A stretch of DNA of 64,000 bases from Oscillospiraceae bacterium (GTDB lineage Bacteria; Bacillota; Clostridia; Oscillospirales; SIG627). The stretch lies in the NCBI GenBank assembly GCA_015064635.1, contig SVRV01000002.1:80140-144139 (forward strand). Direction: 5' to 3'. Within the stretch, counting starts at the first letter, position 1, and each line of letters starts with the position of its first letter. The position numbers and the translations under genes were made by a program. Shown in pieces: positions 56,537 through 64,000 of this stretch. The notes beneath the pieces were generated by a model. The model did not search any database. It was not told the origin of the DNA and saw nothing but the letters and a program-made list of their open reading frames with translations.

Positions 56537-58273
56537 TTACATTTTCTTTCTCGGAACGTATGTTGTATGAAGGTCATGGTGAGCCTTGTGACCGCCGAAT
56601 CCGTCGTAATACTCTTCATAGAGCTTCTTAACAACGGGAGACTCATGTGACTTTCTGATAGCCATTGCTGCATCCTGATCGTAGAGCGCCTTAGCACGTA
56701 CCGCCTTAAGGTCAACTGTATCACGAACAGACTGAGGCTGAATAGGCTGACCGCCGCCGTTTACACAACCGCCGGGACATCCCATGATTTCAACGAATGT
56801 CCAATCAGAGTTACCGCTTGCGATTCTGTCCATAACTACCTTAGCAGCAGCTGCACCACTTGCAACAGCAACCTTGATATCAAGACCTGCTATATTGAGA
56901 GATGCTTCCTTGAGACCGTCTGTACCACGAACTGCAGTAAAGTCGATTTCTGTGTTATCCTTACCTGTGAGCCAGTCATTAGCTGTACGGAGAGCTGCCT
57001 CCATAACACCGCCTGTTGCACCAAAGATAACAGCAGCACCTGTATCTTCACCAAGAGGAGAATCGAATTCTTCATCGGGAAGAGATGTGAACTTGAGTCC
57101 GGCACGTTCAATCATTCTGCCGAGTTCTCTTGTTGTGATTGCGATATCAACATCGGGAACACCTGCAGCGCTCTGGTCATCTCTGCCTATCTCGAACTTC
57201 TTAGCTGTACAAGGCATAACTGATACTGATACGATATCCTTGGGGTCTATACCCATCTTTTCAGCATAATATGTCTTGATAACCGCACCTGCCATCTGTT
57301 GAGGAGACTTACAAGATGAAAGGTGAGCGAGGAATTCGGGATAATAGTATTCAGCAAACTTAACCCATCCGGGGGAGCATGAAGTAATCATGGGGAGAAC
57401 TCCGCCATTCTTTACTCTGTCGATAAGCTCGTTTGCTTCTTCAACGATTGTAAGGTCAGCTGCAAAGTCTGTGTCGAATACCTTGTCAAAGCCAAGTCTT
57501 CTGAGAGCTGCAACCATCTTACCTTCTACATTTGTACCGATAGGCATACCGAAGCACTCACCGAGAGTTGCACGAACTGAAGGAGCAGTCTGAACAACTA
57601 CGTGCTTTGTGGGATCAGCAATAGCTGCCCAAACCTTATCTGTATCATCCTTTTCTGTAAGAGCACCGGTGGGACATACCGCTGTACACTGACCGCATGA
57701 AATACATGAAGTAGCGTTGAGCTTTACATTGAAGGGATTACCGATATTTGTATCGATACCTCTGTCGTTAGCACCGATGATAGATACATACTGCTGGTCA
57801 CAAACAGCAACACAGCGACGGCAAAGGATACACTTGTTGTTATCACGAACAAGGTGGGGAGCAGACTCATCAAGCTCATACTCACGCTTGTAACCGCCAA
57901 ATGCATTTTCATCAACTCCGTACTCACGGCAGAGCTTCTGGAGTTCACAGTTTGTTGAACGCTTACAAGACAGACACTTCTTATCATGTGTTGAAAGAAT
58001 AAGTTCGAGAGTGGTCTTACGAGCCTTCTGAATTTTTTCGGTATTTGTCTGTATTTCCATGCCTTCGGCTACAGGATATACACAAGCGGTAACAAGACCT
58101 CTTGCACCTGTTGCCTCAACAACACATATACGGCAAGCACCTATTTCGTTAATATCCTTCATGAAGCAAAGGGTGGGGATTTCTACACCTGCAACACGTG
58201 CTGCTTCAAGAATTGTTGATCCCTTGGGCACGCTGACAGCAATGCCATTTACTTTACAATTAATCATTTCCAT
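56537..58273 (-). CDS. hydA: [FeFe]-hydrogenase catalytic subunit, M3 architecture (HydA of multimeric NAD(P)H-linked enzymes)
   Basis: N-terminal 2Fe-2S, a His-ligated 4Fe-4S, and two ferredoxin-type clusters. H-cluster motifs are TSCSPGW, MPCTAKKFE and EIMGCPGGCVNGGGQP. Confidence 0.9.
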   Translation of the reverse strand: MEMINCKVNGIAVSVPKGSTILEAARVAGVEIPTLCFMKDINEIGACRICVVEATGARGLVTACVYPVAEGMEIQTNTEKIQKARKTTLELILSTHDKKCLSCKRSTNCELQKLCREYGVDENAFGGYKREYELDESAPHLVRDNNKCILCRRCVAVCDQQYVSIIGANDRGIDTNIGNPFNVKLNATSCISCGQCTAVCPTGALTEKDDTDKVWAAIADPTKHVVVQTAPSVRATLGECFGMPIGTNVEGKMVAALRRLGFDKVFDTDFAADLTIVEEANELIDRVKNGGVLPMITSCSPGWVKFAEYYYPEFLAHLSSCKSPQQMAGAVIKTYYAEKMGIDPKDIVSVSVMPCTAKKFEIGRDDQSAAGVPDVDIAITTRELGRMIERAGLKFTSLPDEEFDSPLGEDTGAAVIFGATGGVMEAALRTANDWLTGKDNTEIDFTAVRGTDGLKEASLNIAGLDIKVAVASGAAAAKVVMDRIASGNSDWTFVEIMGCPGGCVNGGGQPIQPQSVRDTVDLKAVRAKALYDQDAAMAIRKSHESPVVKKLYEEYYDGFGGHKAHHDLHTTYVPRKKM

Positions 58274-58291
58274 TTTCAGCGTACTCCTTTC

Positions 58292-60082
58292 TTACTTTTT
58301 AATAATAGCCTTAAATGCACAGTTGTCGATACAAGCACCGCACTTGATACACTTTGCAGGATCAATAACGTGAGGAACCTTTACGCTACCGCTGATAGCG
58401 TTAACGGGACAGTTACGCATACACTTTGTACAGCCCTTACACTTTTCAGGTTCGATATAGAATGTAAGAAGATCCTTACATACACCTGCGGGACATCTCT
58501 TGTCAACAACGTGAGCAATATACTCATCTCTGAAGAACTTAAGAGTTGAAAGTACAGGGTTGGGAGCTGTCTGACCAAGTCCGCAAAGGGAGTTAGCCTT
58601 AATGTAATTACAAAGCTCTTCGAGCTTGTCGATATCTTCAAGAGTACCGTTACCTGATGTAATTTTGTCAAGTATTTCAAGAAGTCTTCTTGTACCAACT
58701 CTACAAGGTGTACACTTACCGCAAGATTCTTCAACTGTGAAGTCGAGGAAGAACTTAGCCATATCAACCATACAAGTATCTTCGTCCATAACGATAAGAC
58801 CGCCTGAACCCATCATACAACCCATTGCAACGAGGTTATCGTAGTCAACTTCGGTATCAATAAGACTTGCAGGGATACATCCGCCTGAAGGGCCACCTGT
58901 CTGAGCTGCCTTGAACTTCTTACCGTTGGGAACGCCGCCACCGATTTCTTCGATGATCTCACGAAGTGTTGTACCCATGGGAATTTCAACAAGACCGGTA
59001 TTTACAATCTTACCACCGAGAGCGAATACCTTTGTACCCTTGGACTTTTCTGTACCCATTGATGCAAACCATTCGGGACCCTTGAGGATAATCTGAGGAA
59101 TGTTTGCAAATGTTTCAACATTGTTTTCAACTGTGGGGCATCCGAAGAGACCCTTAACAGCAGGATACGGAGGACGAGGACGAGGCTCACCTCTGTTACC
59201 TTCGATTGATGTCATAAGAGCAGTTTCTTCACCGCATACGAATGCGCCTGCACCAAGACGGATTTCCATATCGAAATCAAAGCCGGTTCCGAAAATATCC
59301 TTACCGAGAAGACCGTACTCTCTTGCCTGGTCAATAGCAATCTGAAGTCTTTTTACTGCTATGGGATATTCAGCACGAACATAAACATAACCCATTGATG
59401 CACCTACAGCGTATCCACAGATAGCCATAGCTTCGATGATTGAGTGGGGGTCACCTTCAAGAACCGAACGGTCCATGAACGCACCGGGGTCACCCTCATC
59501 GGCGTTACATACAACATACTTCTGAGGAGCCTTATTGGGAGCTGTAAGAGCCCACTTTCTACCTGTGGGGAATCCACCGCCTCCTCTTCCACGAAGACCA
59601 GAATCAAGAACTACCTGGATAACCTGCTCGGGAGTGTACTCTGTAAGAACCTTACCGAGAGCAGCATAACCGTCCATAGCAATGTACTCGTCGATCTGCT
59701 CGGGGTCAATAACACCGCAGTTACGAAGAGCAACTCTTATCTGCTTCTTATAGAAGTTTGTTTCTTCAAGTGACTTAGCCTTGATAACATCCTCATCAAC
59801 ATCCTTGTGAACAAGTCTATCAACGGGACGTCCCTTGAGAAGGTGCTCTTCAACGATTTCTTCAACATCGTCAATAGTAACCATTGAATAGAATGTTCCC
59901 TCGGGGTATACGATCATGACAGGACCGAGTGCGCAGAGACCGAAACAACCGGTACGTACTACCTTTACTTCGTCCTGCAGTCCTTTAGCGGCAATCTCTT
60001 GTTCGAGCTTGTCACCGATTTTCATACTTCCGGAAGAAGTACAACCGGTACCGCCGCAAATAAGTACGTGTGTGCGTATCAT
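58292..60082 (-). CDS. hydB: NuoF-like flavoprotein subunit (HydB)
   Basis: N-terminal thioredoxin-like 2Fe-2S, GRGGGGFPTGRKW FMN site, CGEETAL, ESCGKCTPCR, and C-terminal 2x[4Fe-4S] motifs. Confidence 0.9.
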   Translation of the reverse strand: MIRTHVLICGGTGCTSSGSMKIGDKLEQEIAAKGLQDEVKVVRTGCFGLCALGPVMIVYPEGTFYSMVTIDDVEEIVEEHLLKGRPVDRLVHKDVDEDVIKAKSLEETNFYKKQIRVALRNCGVIDPEQIDEYIAMDGYAALGKVLTEYTPEQVIQVVLDSGLRGRGGGGFPTGRKWALTAPNKAPQKYVVCNADEGDPGAFMDRSVLEGDPHSIIEAMAICGYAVGASMGYVYVRAEYPIAVKRLQIAIDQAREYGLLGKDIFGTGFDFDMEIRLGAGAFVCGEETALMTSIEGNRGEPRPRPPYPAVKGLFGCPTVENNVETFANIPQIILKGPEWFASMGTEKSKGTKVFALGGKIVNTGLVEIPMGTTLREIIEEIGGGVPNGKKFKAAQTGGPSGGCIPASLIDTEVDYDNLVAMGCMMGSGGLIVMDEDTCMVDMAKFFLDFTVEESCGKCTPCRVGTRRLLEILDKITSGNGTLEDIDKLEELCNYIKANSLCGLGQTAPNPVLSTLKFFRDEYIAHVVDKRCPAGVCKDLLTFYIEPEKCKGCTKCMRNCPVNAISGSVKVPHVIDPAKCIKCGACIDNCAFKAIIKK

Positions 60083-60100
60083 ATTACTTTTTTCCTCCGT

Positions 60101-60469
60101 TTACTTTGTAGCGGCTCCGATTGTATACTCTGTTACAACCTTGCCATTCTTAATATGGTCTTCAATTACCTTTGCAACCTTTTCGGTAGTCATATTTACA
60201 TATGTTACCTTTTCTTCTCCGCTAAATACTTCAACTACAGGCTCGTACTGGCAGATGCCGATACAGCCGGTCTGTGAAACAGACACTTTCCCTGTAAGTC
60301 CTGCATTTGCAACACCCTCAACGAAAGCATTGAGAACAGGTCTTGCTCCTGCTGAAATTCCGCAAGTAGCCATGCCTACAACTACTTTCATTGTAGCGCC
60401 ATTCTCACGGATGTTAACTTTGCTCTGCATCTTTTCTCTGATTGCAGCAAGTTCAGCTAATGATTTCAT
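60101..60469 (-). CDS. thioredoxin-like [2Fe-2S] ferredoxin (HydD-like, 122 aa)
   Basis: VVVGMATCGISAG...QTGCIGICQYEP Cys pattern. Confidence 0.75.
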   Translation of the reverse strand: MKSLAELAAIREKMQSKVNIRENGATMKVVVGMATCGISAGARPVLNAFVEGVANAGLTGKVSVSQTGCIGICQYEPVVEVFSGEEKVTYVNMTTEKVAKVIEDHIKNGKVVTEYTIGAATK

Positions 60470-60499
60470 AACTTTTTCCCTTCTTATATTTTTATTTTT

Positions 60500-61045
60500 T
60501 TAAAACGATTCATATTGCTCGTTAAGGTATTCCCTCACCCACACGAGCACATCGGGTGAGTTCAGCGGTATATCTCCAAGTATCTGCCTCATTTCGGCAG
60601 TTGATAAATATACTTCATTGTTATATTTGTGTGAAAATTCAAAGTTGATATCGGGCGACCCTTGAATAAGGGTACACACAGTCGAAATAATATCTCCCAG
60701 TGGTAAGCAGTCGATGTGATTCTTCATAAATAAAGCTTTCACTTCGGTACCGCTAACGGCGTCATTGTTTTCTTTGGTTTTGGAATTTATTTCAAGCTTT
60801 CCGCCTGTCTGTTCCGCAGCAAGCTTATAAAACGGTATTCCGAGTCCTACTTTCCTTGTTGTACGTGTAGTACAAAAGGGATCCGTAACACGCTTTACCA
60901 TGTCTTCCGACATTCCGCATCCATCATCGGTAATTGTTATTAAAAGCTTATCATCCGATTCATCAATCTTAATTGATATGAGAGATGCGCCTGCTTTGAC
61001 AGAGTTCATCGCTATATCCAAAATATTCAGTGACAATTCCTTCAT
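60500..61045 (-). CDS. stand-alone GHKL (histidine-kinase-like) ATPase
   Basis: N-box LNILDIAMNS, G1 box DDGCGM, and G2 box VGLGIP. No DHp or sensor domain. Confidence 0.7.
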   Translation of the reverse strand: MKELSLNILDIAMNSVKAGASLISIKIDESDDKLLITITDDGCGMSEDMVKRVTDPFCTTRTTRKVGLGIPFYKLAAEQTGGKLEINSKTKENNDAVSGTEVKALFMKNHIDCLPLGDIISTVCTLIQGSPDINFEFSHKYNNEVYLSTAEMRQILGDIPLNSPDVLVWVREYLNEQYESF

Positions 61046-61782
61046 TTTATATCACCTCTCAAAATCGAAAACAGTTCTTTCCTTACAGAAGGTGCATCAT
61101 TCAAATCTGAAAAGATATCAATGAAGTTTACACTTTCGTTAATATCCCACAGGTAATGGGCATCACTGCTTGTCAAATGAAATTTGTTTTCAATTTCAGG
61201 AAACCTTTCGGAAAACTCGCCACGTTTTGAAATATCTGCAAATTCATATACCGTAAAATCCGATTCCGGAATCATACCAAAAACACTGACTATACTGTTT
61301 GACATTTTATCTATGTGTGCGGGAAAAGCGATTCCTCCGTATTCTTTTGCCATGCCGTTGATATTGTCAATCGAAATATCAAGAGCATTAATCAAGAGAT
61401 ACGGCTCTTCGCCCACAATTTTATCCGAAGCGTCCGTGTACAGCTGTCTGCCAAAAACACTCGGGTCATTCGGGAAAAGGACTCTGTGGGAATCCATAAA
61501 TGAACCGAAATCCATCGCACCTTCAAGAGTCTCAAAAAGTGTCACAACATGGATATCTTCAGCAGTAGTGACCTCGGCACCTGCTATGGGGACAATAGAA
61601 AAATCCGAGCAAGCCGAAAAGAACGCAGGACAATTTCCACACGTATTATGATCGGTCAACGCAACAATCCCAAGCCCCTTCAAGGATGACATACCGGCAA
61701 TATTGCAAGGTGTCATCTCGTCATCACCGCAAGGTGAAAGACAGGAATGAAGGTGCATATCATAGAATACTTTACTTGGCAT
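61042..61782 (-). CDS. PHP-domain phosphoesterase
   Basis: YDMHLHSCLSPCGDDEMTP PHP motif I, then later His/Asp motifs (TDHNT, AHID, SDAH). The start is uncertain: ATG at 61782 or TTG at 61797. Confidence 0.7.
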   Translation of the reverse strand: MPSKVFYDMHLHSCLSPCGDDEMTPCNIAGMSSLKGLGIVALTDHNTCGNCPAFFSACSDFSIVPIAGAEVTTAEDIHVVTLFETLEGAMDFGSFMDSHRVLFPNDPSVFGRQLYTDASDKIVGEEPYLLINALDISIDNINGMAKEYGGIAFPAHIDKMSNSIVSVFGMIPESDFTVYEFADISKRGEFSERFPEIENKFHLTSSDAHYLWDINESVNFIDIFSDLNDAPSVRKELFSILRGDIK

Positions 61783-62107
61783 AAAGCATCTTTCCAATCA
61801 AATAAGAAATTTCAAATGAAGACTTTTCAGTCCTTAAAAGGTTTATGTTTTGTGCTTTTGCTTTTTCAATGACATCATCCGAAATTTCAGCATTTTCCGT
61901 GAATATAATGCAGGAAGCATCGCAAAGAGATGCAACAGCTATTACATTTACGTTATTCATTATGGTTATCCAAGCGCAATTTGCATCAAGCCTTGTCATA
62001 ACCCAGCTGAGAAGGTCTCCGGTATAAGCATTTTCAATCTCTCTGTCACGGCAACACACATTCACTTCTTCAAGTTCAAGAGAAGAAATAATATCATTTA
62101 TTTTCAT
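61772..62107 (-). CDS. DRTGG-domain protein
   Basis: MKINDIISSLELEEV...YTGDLLSWVM...VIAVASL...IEKAKAQNINLL layout. Start placed at the ATG at 62107 with a GGAGGG upstream. The longer track ORF overlaps the upstream gene. Confidence 0.65.
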   Translation of the reverse strand: MKINDIISSLELEEVNVCCRDREIENAYTGDLLSWVMTRLDANCAWITIMNNVNVIAVASLCDASCIIFTENAEISDDVIEKAKAQNINLLRTEKSSFEISYLIGKMLYAK

Positions 62108-63377
62108 TGTTCCCTCCCACAGCGAATTTTGGAAGCTTATATATGGGGCACTCATCCATATCCACTCCCTTGCAGACAACATCCTCTGCAAAAGCATGGC
62201 ATGTCGGCGCTCCGCAAGCACCGCAGTCAATTTGCGGAAGCAAGGCATTGACCTTTTCTATTTCCGCCATAACTCCGATAGAAAGATTGGCATTGTTTTC
62301 GAAATATCCGATACTGCGCTTATTAAGCGGTGTATGTATAATAAGGTTTTCCGGAACGCCCTCTTTTGCAAGCTCGGGTGAACCTGAAATTCTCGTAACC
62401 GGAAGATAGCGTCTCAAACCTTGAATACGTGCTCTTGCAATAAACGGGTCTGCAACTGTCATAACACCGCCGACGCATCCGCCGGGACAGCTGTTAAGCT
62501 CAACAAACTCGAGTGTTGGAAGAGCATTGTTCTCTATCTGGTCCAAAACCTTTATTACATTCACTATTCCGTCCGCAGCCAAATATTTGTCATTAAAAAT
62601 TGCGGTGGATTCCCCTCCCGATGTAGCCCAGCTGAGGCCTACAACACCGGATGACGAAACATTTTTAAGCGGTGTATCCCTCTTCATTTTGGAAATCATA
62701 TTAAAATAGATTTCTTTCATCGAAAGGACACAGTCAATTATGGGACGTCTGTTTTCGGGGTGATTCTTAACGTAACTGACTTTTGCGGGACAAGGCGATA
62801 TAAACGCAACACCTATGTCGTCTTCGGAAAGCTCAGGATTCTTATCCATGACTTCTTTCTTCGCATTAATTGCCGCAACCTCCATAGGAGACATCATCGG
62901 CATCACGTGAGAACACAGTGACGGGAATCGCAAGCTGATAAGCCTTAAAATCACGGGACAGGCTGAACTGATAACGGGTTTCGGTAAATCACTGTGCTTT
63001 AAAAAGCGTCTTGTATATTCGGTCACAAGCTCTGCGGCACGTGAAACCTCATAAACGTAATCAAAACCGATATCATAAAGACCTTGAACAACGTAATCAA
63101 CATCATCAAGATTGTCAAACTGTCCGTAAAGAGTCGGTGCAGGAAGAGCAATTTTGAATTTATACTTGTCAAGTGCACTCAGCGGGTCGTATATTGATTT
63201 TTTAGCTTTATTTCTGCAAACTCTGATACACTGTCCGCAGTCAATACATCTGTCCGGATTTATTTCAGCTTTACCGTTTTTAATTCGTATAGCTTCTGTA
63301 GGACAGTAATTCAAGCAATGTGTACAGCCGTGGCATTTATCTGCCACGAGAGTTACAGAATGTAAATACTTGTCCAC
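62094..63377 (-). CDS. sensory-type [FeFe]-hydrogenase-like protein (H-domain plus extra C-terminal Cys4 domain)
   Basis: Two N-terminal ferredoxin motifs. H-cluster motifs are SSACPV (canonical TSCCP), SPCPAK and ELNSCPGGCVGG. A C-terminal CGACGAPTCHAF...C cluster domain is present. I saw no PAS domain. Confidence 0.75.
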   Translation of the reverse strand: MDKYLHSVTLVADKCHGCTHCLNYCPTEAIRIKNGKAEINPDRCIDCGQCIRVCRNKAKKSIYDPLSALDKYKFKIALPAPTLYGQFDNLDDVDYVVQGLYDIGFDYVYEVSRAAELVTEYTRRFLKHSDLPKPVISSACPVILRLISLRFPSLCSHVMPMMSPMEVAAINAKKEVMDKNPELSEDDIGVAFISPCPAKVSYVKNHPENRRPIIDCVLSMKEIYFNMISKMKRDTPLKNVSSSGVVGLSWATSGGESTAIFNDKYLAADGIVNVIKVLDQIENNALPTLEFVELNSCPGGCVGGVMTVADPFIARARIQGLRRYLPVTRISGSPELAKEGVPENLIIHTPLNKRSIGYFENNANLSIGVMAEIEKVNALLPQIDCGACGAPTCHAFAEDVVCKGVDMDECPIYKLPKFAVGGNNENK

Positions 63378-63393
63378 AAAATCACCTACCAGT

Positions 63394-63816
63394 TTATGTA
63401 TTGATTATCATTGTTACCTTTGTTCCGACTCCGACAACAGATTCGATATTGAAATAATCTGCATATCTCATCATATTGGGAATACCCATTCCCGCTCCGA
63501 AGCCGAGAGAACGCACAGCATCTGCGGCAGTTGAGTATCCTTCGCTCATTGCAAGCTCTATATCCTCAATTCCCGGGCCGTGGTCTGTAAGAACAATTTC
63601 AATACGGTCATCAAAAATTGCTACATCGGCAACTCCGCCTGCAGCATGAATCACCATATTTATTTCGCCCTCGTACATAGCTATCGAAACACGTCTGATA
63701 GTTTCGGGCGGGTAACCGAGTTGTCTGAGTTTCTTTTTCACTTCGGCAGATGCTTCTCCTGCGGAGGTGAAATCATCTCCGTCAACATCAAAACGAAGTC
63801 TTAAAACATCGCTCAT
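63394..63816 (-). CDS. RsbT/RsbW/SpoIIAB-like Ser-kinase (anti-sigma-factor type GHKL ATPase)
   Basis: EGEINMVIHA...TDHGPGIEDIELAM...GFGAGMGIPNM pattern. Start placed at the ATG at 63816, just after the upstream stop. Confidence 0.65.
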   Translation of the reverse strand: MSDVLRLRFDVDGDDFTSAGEASAEVKKKLRQLGYPPETIRRVSIAMYEGEINMVIHAAGGVADVAIFDDRIEIVLTDHGPGIEDIELAMSEGYSTAADAVRSLGFGAGMGIPNMMRYADYFNIESVVGVGTKVTMIINT

Positions 63817-63817
63817 A

Positions 63818-64000
63818 TCAGTCACCTTTTCTGAGTCCTGCCTCATAAAGAATTCCGCAGGCATCAAACATGCGCTCAGAGGTTGTCATAATAACAATGT
63901 CTTTCGCTTCGGCAAGTGCCAAAATATCGTCTGTCGGTACTTTGTTACGAACAAAAACCACGCAAACCATATCCATCATTTCGGCGGTTCTTACCACCTG
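63818..64000 (-). CDS. DRTGG-domain protein, C-terminal 60 codons (gene runs off the right edge)
   Basis: Not in the track. Minus-strand frame gives QVVRTAEMMDMVCVVFVRNKVPTDDILALAEAKDIVIMTTSERMFDACGILYEAGLRKGD*, the same layout as the C-terminal half of 61772-62107. Confidence 0.55.
   Translation of the reverse strand, partial: QVVRTAEMMDMVCVVFVRNKVPTDDILALAEAKDIVIMTTSERMFDACGILYEAGLRKGD

Noticed and set aside
19181-60503. Long antisense ORFs inside well-supported genes, for example 19181..19657, 31059..31583, 38444..39010, 56784..57269 and 59916..60503.
   Set aside because: Each lies fully within a strongly supported gene on the other strand (uvrA, carB, proA, hydA, hydB/Fd). They have Ser/Pro/Thr-rich mirror-frame composition, and no SD or motif.
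16188-63867. N-terminal extensions in the ORF track for nagA, the HD gene, the XRE/S24 gene, uvrC, ptsH, the radical SAM gene, proA, araB, CE4, the GpsA-like gene, DRTGG and the RsbT/W-like gene.
   Set aside because: The internal starts have proper SD spacing or stop-start overlaps. The extensions overlap upstream genes or promoters. The trimmed coordinates are given in the feature list, though the starts remain predictions.
1-64000. A genomic island, prophage or defence system around the tRNA genes or elsewhere (integrase, transposase, recombinase, restriction-modification, Cas, toxin-antitoxin).
   Set aside because: No ORF in any frame shows integrase, transposase or Cas hallmarks. The flanks of the tRNA locus are a hydrogenase operon and a sugar cluster. 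The small GIY-YIG gene belongs to the housekeeping UPF0213 type.

Overview
A 64-kb chromosomal segment from a low-GC, strictly anaerobic Firmicute, most likely Clostridia. Supporting clues are a sporulation-type tiny peptide, an [FeFe]-hydrogenase cluster and AT-rich intergenic regions with sigma-A type promoters. Most genes are on the minus strand and tightly packed.

Gene order, left to right:
- metG' and nagA
- a tiny Cys-rich membrane peptide
- HAD and HD phosphatases, then ygiQ
- an XRE/S24 repressor with a degenerate LytM protein
- uvrC, then ptsH
- an envelope block (2x DUF4330-like, O-antigen-ligase-like, murJ) fused to trmD-rimM
- an uncharacterised radical-SAM pair coupled to uvrA-uvrB
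- a YD-like lipoprotein
- a complete pyrimidine operon (pyrC-carAB-pyrKDFE-pyrBI)
- a secreted-protein trio, then proBAC
- an LRR/Big_2 surface protein
- the UPF0210/ACT pair
- a DUF11 protein, then azlCD, then trmO
- a sugar cluster (araB, CE4 deacetylase, GH92-like, DeoR, G3PDH-like)
- an RNA-rich gap with two tRNA-Leu genes
- a HydA/HydB [FeFe]-hydrogenase operon preceded by a sensory-hydrogenase-like signalling module

I saw no integrase, transposase, CRISPR array or recognisable defence system.

Most unusual observations:
1. Both tRNA-Leu genes are followed by tandem units. Each unit re-copies the tRNA's own last 22 nt and its terminator. The copies are separated by a conserved ~97-nt hairpin-rich module, and they are bounded by T-arm boxes that co-vary with the neighbouring tRNA.
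2. An orphan promoter-to-terminator unit next to that locus is a candidate ~230-nt sRNA or leader.
3. CarA lacks both the Cys and the His of the glutaminase triad.
4. An autocleavable XRE/S24 repressor is translationally coupled to a catalytically dead LytM membrane protein, next to uvrC.
5. A module of DRTGG, RsbT/W-like kinase, HydS-like protein, DRTGG, PHP and GHKL ATPase sits upstream of the hydrogenase. No NuoE-type subunit is present in the window.

All functional calls rest on motif recognition by eye. No database search was run.
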